Shown in pieces: positions 15,770 through 24,000 of a DNA stretch of 24,000 nucleotides (position 1 is the stretch's first letter; each line of letters begins with the position of its first letter). The stretch comes from Lysobacterales bacterium (GTDB lineage: Bacteria; Pseudomonadota; Gammaproteobacteria; Xanthomonadales; SZUA-36). Location: positions 111,378-135,377 of the forward strand of contig CAXXKZ010000007.1 in the NCBI GenBank assembly GCA_963665545.2. Direction: 5' to 3'. A program made the position numbers and the translations under genes. The notes beneath the pieces are model-generated. The model did not search any database. It was not told the DNA's origin and saw nothing but the letters and a program-made list of their open reading frames with translations.

Positions 15770-16288
15770 TCAAAGTGGCAGGGCGGTGGTGTATTTGACC
15801 TTCCTCAGGGCAAAAGTGGAATTGGCTGAGTGCACGTGGGGGTGATGCAGAATCTCGTTGTTGAGAAAATGGTTGTAGGAATCCATGTCCCTGGAAACGA
15901 TGTACAGGATATAGTCGTTATCGCCCGACACTGACAGGCACTCCGTCACTTCCGGCAGGTTTTGTACGTGGGCTTCGAATTCGGTGCGCGTGATGTCCGA
16001 ATGCTCGACCATGCTCACCGCCAGCAATACGTGAATCTGCAGCCCCAGGGCCTTGGGGTTGAGCAGCGTAACTCGCCCCTCGATGATGCCGGCTTCTTCG
16101 AGGTCACGAATGCGGCGCCAGGTGGAAGTTCTGGACAGGCCCGCGCGCTCGGCCAGTTCGATCTGGGTGAGTGTTGTATCCGTTTGCAGCGCGTCAAGCA
16201 GCCGCAGGTCTGAAGCAGTCAGTTGCAATGTATTGTTCTCCAGATATGTCACATGGTTGGCGAGGGCGCTGTCCAAACGTTTAAACAA
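15770..16288 (-). CDS. Lrp/AsnC family transcriptional regulator
   Basis: HTH region DLRLLDALQTDTTLTQIELAERAGLSRTSTWRRIRDLEEAGII followed by a RAM/AsnC_trans_reg-like C-terminal domain. The ORF-track start is TTG at 16288. An in-frame GTG at 16250-16252 would give a more typical protein of about 160 aa. Confidence 0.85.
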   Translation of the reverse strand: MFKRLDSALANHVTYLENNTLQLTASDLRLLDALQTDTTLTQIELAERAGLSRTSTWRRIRDLEEAGIIEGRVTLLNPKALGLQIHVLLAVSMVEHSDITRTEFEAHVQNLPEVTECLSVSGDNDYILYIVSRDMDSYNHFLNNEILHHPHVHSANSTFALRKVKYTTALPL

Positions 16289-16390
16289 GGACCGTCAATG
16301 TGTATAAACGTACAATATAATTACAATAAATGAAACAAACGTTTCAATATATGAGCAAATACTGCGATTCTGAAACACGTATTTCGGCTC
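16275..16390. promoter_or_regulatory. AT-rich divergent promoter/operator region between the Lrp-family gene and hppD, with repeated AAACGT(TT) and TGAAAC motifs
   Basis: AAACGTTT at 16275-16282 and 16337-16344; AAACGT at 16306-16311. Palindrome TGAAAC-AAAC-GTTTCA (16331-16346). A second TGAAAC at 16371-16376, 40 bp downstream of the first. This is the most AT-rich stretch in the window. Confidence 0.35.
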
Positions 16391-16439
16391 AATCTGGGAT
16401 AATGCCCGCCTGGCAGACGAATTAGCGGAAGAATGCAAG

Positions 16440-17525
16440 ATGACTGATATGTTTGAAAATCCCATGGGGCTCAATGGTTTTGAGTTTGTTGAATTTGCCT
16501 CACCCACGCCTGGTGTGCTCGAGCCGGTGTTTGAAATGCTCGGCTTCACCGCCGTGGCAAAGCACCGCTCCAAAAACGTCACGCTGTATCGCCAGGGCGA
16601 TATCAATTTCATTCTCAATGAAGAGCCCGGGAGCTACGTGGCGTTTTTCGCCGAGGAGCATGGTCCCTGTGCCTGCGGTATGGCCTTCCGCGTGGAAAAT
16701 GCCCAGGAGGCTTACGCGCTGGCGCTGGAAAAGGGCGCCCAGCCCATCGATATTCCGACCGGCCCGATGGAACTGCGGCTGCCGGCCATCAAGGGCATCG
16801 GCGGCGCACCGCTGTACCTGATCGATCGTCACGGGGACCGCGCGAGTATTTACGATATCGATTTCGAGTTCTTCGAGGACGTTGAGCGGCATCCTCGAGG
16901 CTGCGGTTTTGGCGTGATAGATCACCTGACCCACAATGTTTACCGCGGCAGAATGAATTATTGGGCGGATTTCTACGAGCGCTTGTTCAATTTCCGGGAA
17001 ATCCGCTTTTTCGACATCAAGGGTGAGTACACCGGCTTGACTTCCAAGGCGCTGACGGCGCCGGACGGCAAAATCAGGATTCCTCTGAATGAAGAGGCAT
17101 CACAAAGTACCGGGCAAATCGAAGAGTACCTGATGGCCTATAACGGCGAAGGCATTCAACACATTGCCCTGAGCTGCGACAACCTGGTGGAATGCTGGGA
17201 CGCGCTCCAGGCGCGAGGCCTGCCGTTCATGACGGCGCCACCGGATACCTATTACGAAATGCTGGATGAGCGGCTGCCCGGTCACGGCGAGCCGCTGGAC
17301 CAATTGCGTCCCAGGGGCATTCTGGTTGACGGCTCCACCGATGATGGCGAACCGCGCCTGCTGCTGCAAATATTTTCCGAGACCATGGTCGGCCCGGTGT
17401 TTTTTGAATTCATTGAGCGCAAGAAAGACGAGGGCTTTGGAGAAGGCAACTTCACCGCGCTGTTTGAATCCCTGGAAAGAGACCAGATTCGCCGCGGCGT
17501 GATTGAGGGCAGCGAGGCGGCCTGA
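16440..17525 (+). CDS. hppD: 4-hydroxyphenylpyruvate dioxygenase
   Basis: 361-aa ORF. The N-terminus [17 protein letters not shown]...[30 protein letters not shown] and the GIQHIAL and FFEFIERK motifs match Pseudomonas-type HppD from memory. Confidence 0.95.
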   Translation: MTDMFENPMGLNGFEFVEFASPTPGVLEPVFEMLGFTAVAKHRSKNVTLYRQGDINFILNEEPGSYVAFFAEEHGPCACGMAFRVENAQEAYALALEKGAQPIDIPTGPMELRLPAIKGIGGAPLYLIDRHGDRASIYDIDFEFFEDVERHPRGCGFGVIDHLTHNVYRGRMNYWADFYERLFNFREIRFFDIKGEYTGLTSKALTAPDGKIRIPLNEEASQSTGQIEEYLMAYNGEGIQHIALSCDNLVECWDALQARGLPFMTAPPDTYYEMLDERLPGHGEPLDQLRPRGILVDGSTDDGEPRLLLQIFSETMVGPVFFEFIERKKDEGFGEGNFTALFESLERDQIRRGVIEGSEAA

Positions 17526-17583
17526 GCACGCGGCGGCAAATGCCGTTATCCTATGCGCCACTAATCCCGGATGGCGGCGTTTC

Positions 17584-19665
17584 ATGCTCAATCTCGCGAG
17601 GCAATTGTGCGGCATGGTGCTGGCTTTTTTCTGTGGCGTCAACGGGGCTTTATGGGCATCCGCCAACGCTGCAGACCGCCACCTGCTCGAGGAAATTGTA
17701 GTCACGGCCACGCGCCTGCCGGCGTTGGCCTCAAAGCTCCCGGTAGCGGTCAGCGTTATCAGCCAGGATGAGATCCAACTCGGGCGCCAGCAACTGGGCC
17801 TGGATGAGTCCCTCGCGCGGGTACCGGGGCTGTTTTTCCAGAATCGCTACAACTTCGCCCAGGACCTGAGAATCTCCATCCGTGGGTTTGGGGCGCGGGC
17901 CAATTTTGGCATTCGCGGCATCCGTATTTTCGTCGATGACATCCCGCTGACCCTGCCCGATGGTCAGAGCGGTGTTGATGCGTTGGATCTGGGCACGGCG
18001 CAGCAGATCGAAGTCATTCGGGGGCCATATTCAGCGGTCTATGGCGCCTCCACCGGTGGTGTGATCAATATTCGGTCCGAAGACGGGCCCGACCAGCCGA
18101 CGATTTCCGGTCGGGTGAATGTGGGGGCTTACGACTATCGCCAGTGGCAGATCAAGGCAGGCGGCCAGCACGGATCACTCAACTGGCTGGCCAACGGCAG
18201 CGCGACAGAACTGGGCGGTTATCGCGACCACGCCGCACTCGAGAGTGATCTGTTCAACGCCAAGTTGTTCTATGATTTCGACGCAGATACCCGCCTGACC
18301 CTGGTGGTCAATGCCGTGGATTCGCCACTGGCTGACGACCCGGGTGGCCTCAATGCCGGTGAAGTGATCGAAGACCGCCGCCAGGCGGCGCCCAGAAACG
18401 TCGCCTTCAATGCCGGCGAAGCGCTGGAGCAGCAGACCGTGGGCCTGTCATTTCGCACCCAGTTTTCCGCGCACCATGGCCTGATGTTGCGCACCTATCA
18501 CGTCAGCCGGGAATTCAGCAACCGCTTGCCCTTCGACGTGAACAGCAATGGTCAGGGCGGCAGCGTCGACCTCGACCGGCGCTTCAGCGGCCTGGGTGGC
18601 AATTACAGCTGGACCCCGGCCGGCGGCGCGCCGGGCCTCAAAACCCTGGTCATCGGCTTTGACTATGATGCCCTGCGCGATCACCGCCGCCGCTTCGCCA
18701 ATGACCTGGGCGTGCTCGGCGCATTGACCACGGACCAGGATGAGGACGTCACCGCGCGCGGCCTGTATGCCCAGGCTGTGTTCTCACTGCCACAGGCCGT
18801 GGAACTGACGCTCGGTGCGCGTTATGACAAGTTGAAGTACGAGATCGGCAACCGGCTGGATGCCGAATCGGGTTCGGGCGATATCAATTTCAAGGCCTTC
18901 AGTCCGTTGGCCGGGCTGAGCTGGGCGGTCAGCGAGGGGCTGAATGTCTATGCCAATGTGTCCGAATCGTTTGACTCGCCGGCCACCACCGAGCTGGCCA
19001 ATCCGGTTGGCCCAAGCGGATTTAACGCCAACCTCGATCCGCAGACGGCCACCAATTACGAAATTGGCTTGAAAGGCTTGGCACATGAAAAGATCCGCTA
19101 TGAACTGGCCCTGTTTCACATCAATGTCAAGGACGCGCTGGTGCCATTTGAGCTGGCGGGGTCCGGCCAGACGTTTTTCGAAAACGCCGGGCGCTCGACC
19201 CATCGAGGACTTGAAGCCACAACGACATTTCAACTCGCCGACGGTCTGACGGGCACGCTGAGCTATACCTGGTCTGACTTCAGTTTCGACGAATTCAGCG
19301 ACAGCAACGGCACCTCCTTCGACGGCAACCGCATTCCAGGCATCCCCCAACACCTGATATTCGCCGAATTGAACTGGCGCCACGACACCGGTTTCTATGC
19401 GGTTGCCGACGTGGTCTTTGCGGGCGAATTCTATGCTGACAACGCCAACTCGACCGGCACCGAATCGAGCGCGGTGATGAACCTTCGAGCGGGTTGGGAA
19501 ATCGAAGCTGAATCCTGGTCCTTTGCGCCCTTCATCGGGATCAACAATTTGCTCGCCGAAAAGTACTTCTCGAATGTTCGTCTCAATGCCTCTTTCGGCC
19601 GTTACTGGGAACCGGCGCCTGAACGCAATCTTTACGCCGGCGCCCGGTTGTCCTGGCGGTTTTGA
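17584..19665 (+). CDS. TonB-dependent outer-membrane receptor
   Basis: The ATG at 17584 gives a signal peptide (MLNLARQLCGMVLAFFCGVNGALWASANA). TonB-box-like EEIVVTATR, a plug domain (IEVIRGPYSAVYGASTGGVINI), a beta-barrel region and a terminal aromatic residue (LSWRF). The ORF-track start at 17503 overlaps hppD and is unlikely. Confidence 0.9.
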   Translation: MLNLARQLCGMVLAFFCGVNGALWASANAADRHLLEEIVVTATRLPALASKLPVAVSVISQDEIQLGRQQLGLDESLARVPGLFFQNRYNFAQDLRISIRGFGARANFGIRGIRIFVDDIPLTLPDGQSGVDALDLGTAQQIEVIRGPYSAVYGASTGGVINIRSEDGPDQPTISGRVNVGAYDYRQWQIKAGGQHGSLNWLANGSATELGGYRDHAALESDLFNAKLFYDFDADTRLTLVVNAVDSPLADDPGGLNAGEVIEDRRQAAPRNVAFNAGEALEQQTVGLSFRTQFSAHHGLMLRTYHVSREFSNRLPFDVNSNGQGGSVDLDRRFSGLGGNYSWTPAGGAPGLKTLVIGFDYDALRDHRRRFANDLGVLGALTTDQDEDVTARGLYAQAVFSLPQAVELTLGARYDKLKYEIGNRLDAESGSGDINFKAFSPLAGLSWAVSEGLNVYANVSESFDSPATTELANPVGPSGFNANLDPQTATNYEIGLKGLAHEKIRYELALFHINVKDALVPFELAGSGQTFFENAGRSTHRGLEATTTFQLADGLTGTLSYTWSDFSFDEFSDSNGTSFDGNRIPGIPQHLIFAELNWRHDTGFYAVADVVFAGEFYADNANSTGTESSAVMNLRAGWEIEAESWSFAPFIGINNLLAEKYFSNVRLNASFGRYWEPAPERNLYAGARLSWRF

Positions 19666-19669
19666 TGGC

Positions 19670-19930
19670 ATGAGGCCCCCACAAAGCGCCATCGTCGATG
19701 CTCGGGACGAAGTTTGCCCGGTGCCGCTTACCCTGGCCGAAGCCAGGTTGCCGGGCCTGCTGCCGGGGGATGAATTGATCGTGCTGTGTACCGACCCGGC
19801 CGCGCCGATCGATTTTGAAGCCTGGTGCCTGGCAAACGGCCACAACTATCTGGGCGTCACCGAAAAACCCACCTGGTCAGAAATCAAGCTCAGGGTTGCG
19901 AGTCAGGGCCCTATGCAATCAGGGTGTTAA
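19670..19930 (+). CDS. TusA/SirA-like sulfur-carrier family small protein
   Basis: 86-aa product from the ATG at 19670, which is 4 nt after the receptor's TGA. DARDEVCPVPL contains the CPxP active-site motif of the TusA family, and the size is typical. The 3' end overlaps the convergent allA by 20 bp. Confidence 0.7.
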   Translation: MRPPQSAIVDARDEVCPVPLTLAEARLPGLLPGDELIVLCTDPAAPIDFEAWCLANGHNYLGVTEKPTWSEIKLRVASQGPMQSGC

Positions 19931-20417
19931 TCAGGCAGGGGAATTGCAGTTGTTGCTCAATGCAGTTGCCGCCGGGCCCCTGGCGGTCGATTACCAGGTA
20001 GCTGGCAGGCTCGCCGACGGTGATCTGGTAGTGATGCCAGGTGCCGGCATCCAGGTTCACGCCCTGGCGCCCGTTGGTGACAAACAGCCGGATGCCATCT
20101 GGATCAATGTGGTCCGAGGCCGGCGCAACCACCACTGGAAACGGGCGGTCATGCAGCGGCATAAAGGCCTGGCTGCCCAGCGGGTGGTATTCCAGACTTT
20201 CCACGCTAAACGGCAAGGCGATAGCCTCACTGCGATAGAGATGCACTGCGGTGCGCCCGCCTTGCTTGACGGTATCTACCCGGGCAAGGTCGGCGTACTT
20301 GTGGGTCCGGCCACCATTGATGGACAGGGCGTCATGGTCGTGGCATTGAATGACCTGCCCAAACGGCGCGAAAGCGTCATCGGTCAGCGGTGCTGCTTGC
20401 AGAATAAGTTGAGTCAT
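19911..20417 (-). CDS. allA: Ureidoglycolate lyase (ureidoglycolate hydrolase family)
   Basis: 168-aa ORF. The N-terminus LILQAAPLTDDAFAPFGQVI is typical of AllA. Cupin-like sequence, positioned downstream of allantoicase. Confidence 0.85.
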   Translation of the reverse strand: MTQLILQAAPLTDDAFAPFGQVIQCHDHDALSINGGRTHKYADLARVDTVKQGGRTAVHLYRSEAIALPFSVESLEYHPLGSQAFMPLHDRPFPVVVAPASDHIDPDGIRLFVTNGRQGVNLDAGTWHHYQITVGEPASYLVIDRQGPGGNCIEQQLQFPCLINTLIA

Positions 20418-20427
20418 CGCGCCGCGC

Positions 20428-21504
20428 CTAAATCGTCAGTGCTCGGAAACGCCCAAACAGGCGCAACCGGCTGACCCCACCGTCAGGGTATATATCAAAA
20501 CGCACATGGCTGACTTCGCCGGCCTCAAGCAGACCCTCTGCGAACACCTTCACCTGGTCCGGACCCAGGCTTGATTCCCCCAGAAGCGGCAGCCAGTAAT
20601 CCGCTTCCGCCGTCACATCGGTGTCGTCCACATCACCAAGCATGGCGCCATGAACAGAGCACCGGGCCGGATAATTGCCTTTGAAAAACGCCGTATCCAC
20701 CTCGATTCGCTCGATCTTGCCCGGCCGGCCCAGCTTCAGGATGACCCAGTCATTACCGGGCGTGCGGCGCCGCCGCGTTTCCCAACCATCGCCCATATTG
20801 ACGCCTTTGCCCGGGGCGATCAGGTTGTTCATGTGGCCATAATGCATGTCATTGCAGGCCAGCGCGCGACCGCCGTGGGTCATTGCCACCAGATCGTATA
20901 ACTCGTCGCGATCAAATTGCGACCAGTCGCAATGCGCCTGGCCATACAGGCGCAGGCGGGCCACCCCGCCGTCGGGGTAAATGTTCAGCCGTACATGGGT
21001 CCAGGTGCGTCCATCATCGACCTCAAACCAGTTCTGTGAATCGCCGCGCAAGTCAGTCCGCGCAAGCAAGGGCTGCCACTGCGTGGAATCATCCGGATCA
21101 TGCTCTGAATGGCACACCTCAAGGCCCGCCTGGGGCGGGTAATTGCCGGTGAAATGCCGGGTGTCGATTTCCACACCCAGGATGGTGCCGGGGCAGATCC
21201 GCAGCACGCACCAGTCGTGTCCGGGCTCGCGTTTGCGGCGGCTCTCCCAGCCGTCCATCCACTTGCCGTGGGCATCGTACTTGCCGTCGATGAATACCGG
21301 CGTTTGGGGATTTATCAGACGCTCCTTGGGCGCGAAAAAGTCATCCGAGGCGGCCAGTACCTTGGCCCCCAGTCTGGGTTGTGCCAGGTCGATAAAGTGA
21401 AAACTGAAGCCGGGTGAGGCCGGTCCCAATCCCAAACCCAATCCCGGGCCTACGCCTATACCTGTGTCCACACGTGACCGCAATTTTGTTTCTGAAGGAC
21501 TCAT
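20428..21504 (-). CDS. alc: Allantoicase
   Basis: 358-aa ORF with two internally repeated allantoicase domains (GWESRRKREPGHDW.. and GWETRRRRTPGNDW..; both end ..YPDGGVxRLRLxG). ATGA overlap with the uraD stop (21501-21504). Gly-rich N-terminal extension GIGVGPGLGLGLGP. Confidence 0.9.
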   Translation of the reverse strand: MSPSETKLRSRVDTGIGVGPGLGLGLGPASPGFSFHFIDLAQPRLGAKVLAASDDFFAPKERLINPQTPVFIDGKYDAHGKWMDGWESRRKREPGHDWCVLRICPGTILGVEIDTRHFTGNYPPQAGLEVCHSEHDPDDSTQWQPLLARTDLRGDSQNWFEVDDGRTWTHVRLNIYPDGGVARLRLYGQAHCDWSQFDRDELYDLVAMTHGGRALACNDMHYGHMNNLIAPGKGVNMGDGWETRRRRTPGNDWVILKLGRPGKIERIEVDTAFFKGNYPARCSVHGAMLGDVDDTDVTAEADYWLPLLGESSLGPDQVKVFAEGLLEAGEVSHVRFDIYPDGGVSRLRLFGRFRALTI

Positions 21505-22034
21505 GCCTGTGCCAACACCTCGGCAATGCGAAAACCGCCGATTTGGATGACCTCTTCAATGGCGGTGTCGAACTCCGCATCAGGCTCGCCTGCCAGCCGC
21601 TGGCGGAACACCTGCAGAATCTCGCCCCGATGGCGCCCCTTGACCGCCATGATGAAAGGGAAACCGAATCGTTCCAGATAGCGCCGGTTGAGTGCTTCGA
21701 ATTCGCCCAATTCCTCCGCCGTGCACTGATCGAGCCCGGCGGAATGCTGTTCCTGACGGGATTCAGTGGTCAGCGCCGCGGCATCGACCATGGCAGCGCC
21801 CAGTTGGGGGTGGGCGCGCAGCAGCTGCAACTGCTGATCCGCCGTTGCGTTCCGGATCACGTCGGCGAATGCCGCCAGCAGAGAATCGGCACTGAGGTCT
21901 GCGGGCAGACCGTTTTCCAGCACTTTACTGGCGATCCAGGGTGAATGCTCGAACACACTGGCGAAACGATCGATGAAGCTGGGATCGACGAAGCTGGCGT
22001 CGTCCGTGCGTTGTTTGACGACCATCGAAATCAC
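21501..22034 (-). CDS. uraD: 2-oxo-4-hydroxy-4-carboxy-5-ureidoimidazoline (OHCU) decarboxylase
   Basis: 177-aa ORF. FEHSPWIA and LRAHPQLG motifs and a C-terminal FPFIMAVKG block. The GTG start overlaps the puuE TGA as GTGA (22031-22034). Confidence 0.85.
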   Translation of the reverse strand: MISMVVKQRTDDASFVDPSFIDRFASVFEHSPWIASKVLENGLPADLSADSLLAAFADVIRNATADQQLQLLRAHPQLGAAMVDAAALTTESRQEQHSAGLDQCTAEELGEFEALNRRYLERFGFPFIMAVKGRHRGEILQVFRQRLAGEPDAEFDTAIEEVIQIGGFRIAEVLAQA

Positions 22035-22948
22035 TCAAGCGCGCCCGGTGGGTGCAGCGTTTGCCAATGGCGCGCAATGTCGATGCGGCGGCACCACCAC
22101 ACATCATCGAAGCCATGCGCGTAGCGGATGAATCGCTCTAGCGCCGCCATGCGGCCCGGCCGGCCGGCAATGCGGCAGTGCAGGCCCACCGACATCATGC
22201 GCGGTGAGGTGGCGCCCTCTTCGCGCAGCACATCGAAACTGTCCTTGAGATAGCTGTAGAACTGCTCGCCGGTGTTGAAGCCCTGGGCGGTGGCGAAGCG
22301 CATGTCATTGGCATCGAGGGTATAGGGGATCACCAACTGCGGCTTGCCGTGCTGGAGATCCCAAAACGGCAGTTCGTCGCTGTAGTCATCGGCGTCGTAG
22401 AGAAAGCCGCCCTCCTCAACCACCAACTTGCGGGTGTTCGGACTCGTCCGGCCGGTATACCATCCCAGTGGTCGCTCACCAATGGCCGTTTCGATCGCCG
22501 CAATCGACATCTGCATGTGCTTGCGCTCGATCTCCTCCTCGATATTCTGGTAATCGATCCAGCGATAGCCATGCGAGCAGATCTCGTGGCCATCATCGGC
22601 CAGGGCTTTGACCGGATCGGCGTTGCGCTCCACCGCCATGCCAATGGCGAATACAGTGACCGGCACGCGGTACTTTTTGAACAATCTTCTGAGTCGCCAG
22701 ACCCCGACCCGCGAGCCAAACTCATAAATCGATTCCATGCTCATATGGCGGGCATCGGGGTGGGCCGCAGCGCCAATGATCTCCGACAAAAATGTTTCTG
22801 ACGCCGAGTCACCATGCAGGATGCAGTTTTCACCGCCTTCCTCGTAATTGAGCACGATCTGCAGCGCCAGGCGCGCCTCGCCAGGCCACTGCGGGTCGGG
22901 CGGGTTTTGTCCATAACCGATCAAGTCTCTTGGATAAGCGCCGTTCAC
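22031..22948 (-). CDS. puuE: Allantoinase, PuuE type (polysaccharide deacetylase fold)
   Basis: 305-aa ORF. YPRDLIGYGQNPPDPQWPGEARLALQIVLNYEEGGE is the characteristic PuuE N-terminus (from memory). Sits in the urate-catabolic operon. Confidence 0.9.
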   Translation of the reverse strand: MNGAYPRDLIGYGQNPPDPQWPGEARLALQIVLNYEEGGENCILHGDSASETFLSEIIGAAAHPDARHMSMESIYEFGSRVGVWRLRRLFKKYRVPVTVFAIGMAVERNADPVKALADDGHEICSHGYRWIDYQNIEEEIERKHMQMSIAAIETAIGERPLGWYTGRTSPNTRKLVVEEGGFLYDADDYSDELPFWDLQHGKPQLVIPYTLDANDMRFATAQGFNTGEQFYSYLKDSFDVLREEGATSPRMMSVGLHCRIAGRPGRMAALERFIRYAHGFDDVWWCRRIDIARHWQTLHPPGALE

Positions 22949-23046
22949 CCCAAGAGTCTAACGTGCTTTAGCCGCCTGTGGGGCCAGCGGCGGTCACCCG
23001 GGCGATCTTCTGTTGCTATACTTCCAGACTACCCTCAACGGAGCAA

Positions 23047-23400
23047 ATGATGGGCGCGTTGACCACTCATGTGCTTGACACTTCCTGTGGCAAGCCTGCT
23101 GCCGGTGTGGTCATTGACCTCTACCGGTTGGACGAAGAAGCGGTACATCTGGCCAGCGCCATGACAGATGCCGACGGCAGGGTGGTCGGTGCCTTGCTGG
23201 AGGGACAGGACTTCAGCCCGGGGGAGTATGAATTGTTGTTTCACGCGGGCGATTACTTCAGAGCGCGCGGCGTGGCGCTCGATGAGCCCGCTTTTCTCGA
23301 TCACGTGGTGATCAGATTCGGCATTGCACAGGGTGATGCCCACTACCACGTGCCCCTGCTGATCTCGCCCTTCGCTTACAGCACCTACCGGGGCAGTTAG
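23047..23400 (+). CDS. uraH: 5-hydroxyisourate hydrolase (transthyretin-like)
   Basis: 117-aa product from the ATG at 23047, preceded by GGAG. LTTHVLDTSCGKPAAGV N-terminus, HYHVPLLISPFAYSTYRGS C-terminus with the YRGS signature. Confidence 0.9.
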   Translation: MMGALTTHVLDTSCGKPAAGVVIDLYRLDEEAVHLASAMTDADGRVVGALLEGQDFSPGEYELLFHAGDYFRARGVALDEPAFLDHVVIRFGIAQGDAHYHVPLLISPFAYSTYRGS

Positions 23401-23416
23401 GTCGCGAAGTGACGCC

Positions 23417-24000
23417 ATGAGATCCGCGGTTCGATTCATCCTTGGCACGCAGGCCGTTGAAGTCGGTGGTTTTGATCCACATCTCACCGTGCTCGAGTGG
23501 CTCAGAACCGAGCGTTTTCGCACCGGCACCAAGGAGGGGTGCGCGGAAGGCGACTGCGGCGCGTGCACGGTGGTGGTGGGTGAGTGCAGTGACGGTAAGA
23601 TGTCATACAAGGCGGTCAATTCCTGCATCCAGTTGCTTGGCACGCTGGACGGTAAACAACTCATTACCGTTGAAGACCTTCAAAGCGACGGTCCGGGCCA
23701 GGCCTTGCATCCGGTGCAGCAGGCGATGGTGGACTGCGATGGCTCGCAATGCGGATTCTGCACACCGGGGTTTGTCATGGCGCTGTTCGCGCTCTACCAC
23801 GCCGAGCGATCCGACCCGAGGGGGGAATTGAGCCGCCAGGAGATCGACGCAGCCCTGGCCGGCAATCTGTGCCGCTGCACCGGCTATGCACCCATTGTGC
23901 GGGCGGCCCGGGCAGCCATACCAGGGCCAGGTGAGGTCGCCGACCCGTTTTCAGCGCAGCAAGAATCGCTGACGAAACAACTCGGGGAATTCGTCGTCAA
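23417..24000 (+). CDS. xdhA: Xanthine dehydrogenase small subunit (2Fe-2S/FAD-binding), 5' part; runs off the window
   Basis: My own translation from the ATG at 23417: MRSAVRFILGTQAVEV...GTKEGCAEGDCGACTVVVGE...CDGSQCGFCTPGFVMAL...GNLCRCTGYAPIV. This gives both 2Fe-2S cysteine motifs. It is open to position 24000. It is absent from the ORF track, presumably because it has no stop in the window; the track's 23442..23831 ORF is an off-frame shadow. Confidence 0.85.
   Translation, partial: MRSAVRFILGTQAVEVGGFDPHLTVLEWLRTERFRTGTKEGCAEGDCGACTVVVGECSDGKMSYKAVNSCIQLLGTLDGKQLITVEDLQSDGPGQALHPVQQAMVDCDGSQCGFCTPGFVMALFALYHAERSDPRGELSRQEIDAALAGNLCRCTGYAPIVRAARAAIPGPGEVADPFSAQQESLTKQLGEFVV

Noticed and set aside
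17503-17583. N-terminal extensions implied by the ORF-track starts: 17503 (receptor), 4776 (decarboxylase), 11235 (ABC ATPase), 13631 (crotonase), 19523 (TusA-like) and 22978 (uraH).
   Set aside because: The extensions overlap upstream genes or repeats and look non-protein-like. Internal ATGs give canonical N-termini: a signal peptide, MSVISVEKL, MADFETV and MMGALTTHVLD. Some are preceded by an SD-like sequence.
23442-23831. The ORF-track entry 23442..23831 (+, 129 aa) as a gene downstream of uraH.
   Set aside because: It is an off-frame shadow. The frame starting at the ATG at 23417 encodes clear XdhA 2Fe-2S motifs and stays open to the window end.
1-24000. CRISPR arrays, rRNA/tRNA genes, integrase, toxin-antitoxin or defence-system signatures.
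   Set aside because: - The only tandem repeats are 13-15-bp units without spacers.
- No conserved rRNA or tRNA sequence blocks are recognisable.
- All large ORFs are accounted for by metabolic or transport families.

Overview
A densely coded, GC-rich (by eye, not computed) chromosomal segment. Protein similarities, recalled from memory and not searched, suggest a gammaproteobacterium. Almost everything is recognisable core metabolism.

Gene content in order:
- Minus-strand operon (85-4572): a YugP-like Zn-metallopeptidase and two tandem TMTC-like membrane/TPR paralogs. The distal paralog is interrupted by an in-frame TAG.
- A group II PLP decarboxylase (4845-6275).
- Biotin operon bioB-bioF-bioD-bioA (minus strand, 6892-11157).
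- ABC-2 exporter: an ATPase plus a fused double permease (11268-13621).
- A crotonase, an AspC/TyrB-type aminotransferase, a divergent Lrp-family regulator and hppD (tyrosine catabolism).
- A TonB-dependent receptor and a small TusA-like protein.
- Urate/allantoin catabolism cluster: allA, alc, uraD and puuE on the minus strand; uraH and the start of xdhA on the plus strand.

I see no rRNA, tRNA, CRISPR array, defence island or prophage.

The one region ordinary genes do not explain is 6284-6896. It is a 601-bp non-coding element with perfect 19-bp terminal inverted repeats and a flanking 6-bp direct repeat (GCTAAC). It sits exactly at the bioA stop codon and has very long internal helices (23 bp, 29-33 bp, 11 bp). 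I read it as a MITE-like non-autonomous mobile element and/or a structured RNA. I cannot assign a family without searches.

Secondary oddities:
- The amber-interrupted paralog.
- A cluster of GC-rich hairpins and direct repeats at 4624-4777.
- A 13-bp tandem repeat bridging a stop codon and the next gene's RBS (13598-13655).
- In-frame 15-bp coding repeats.
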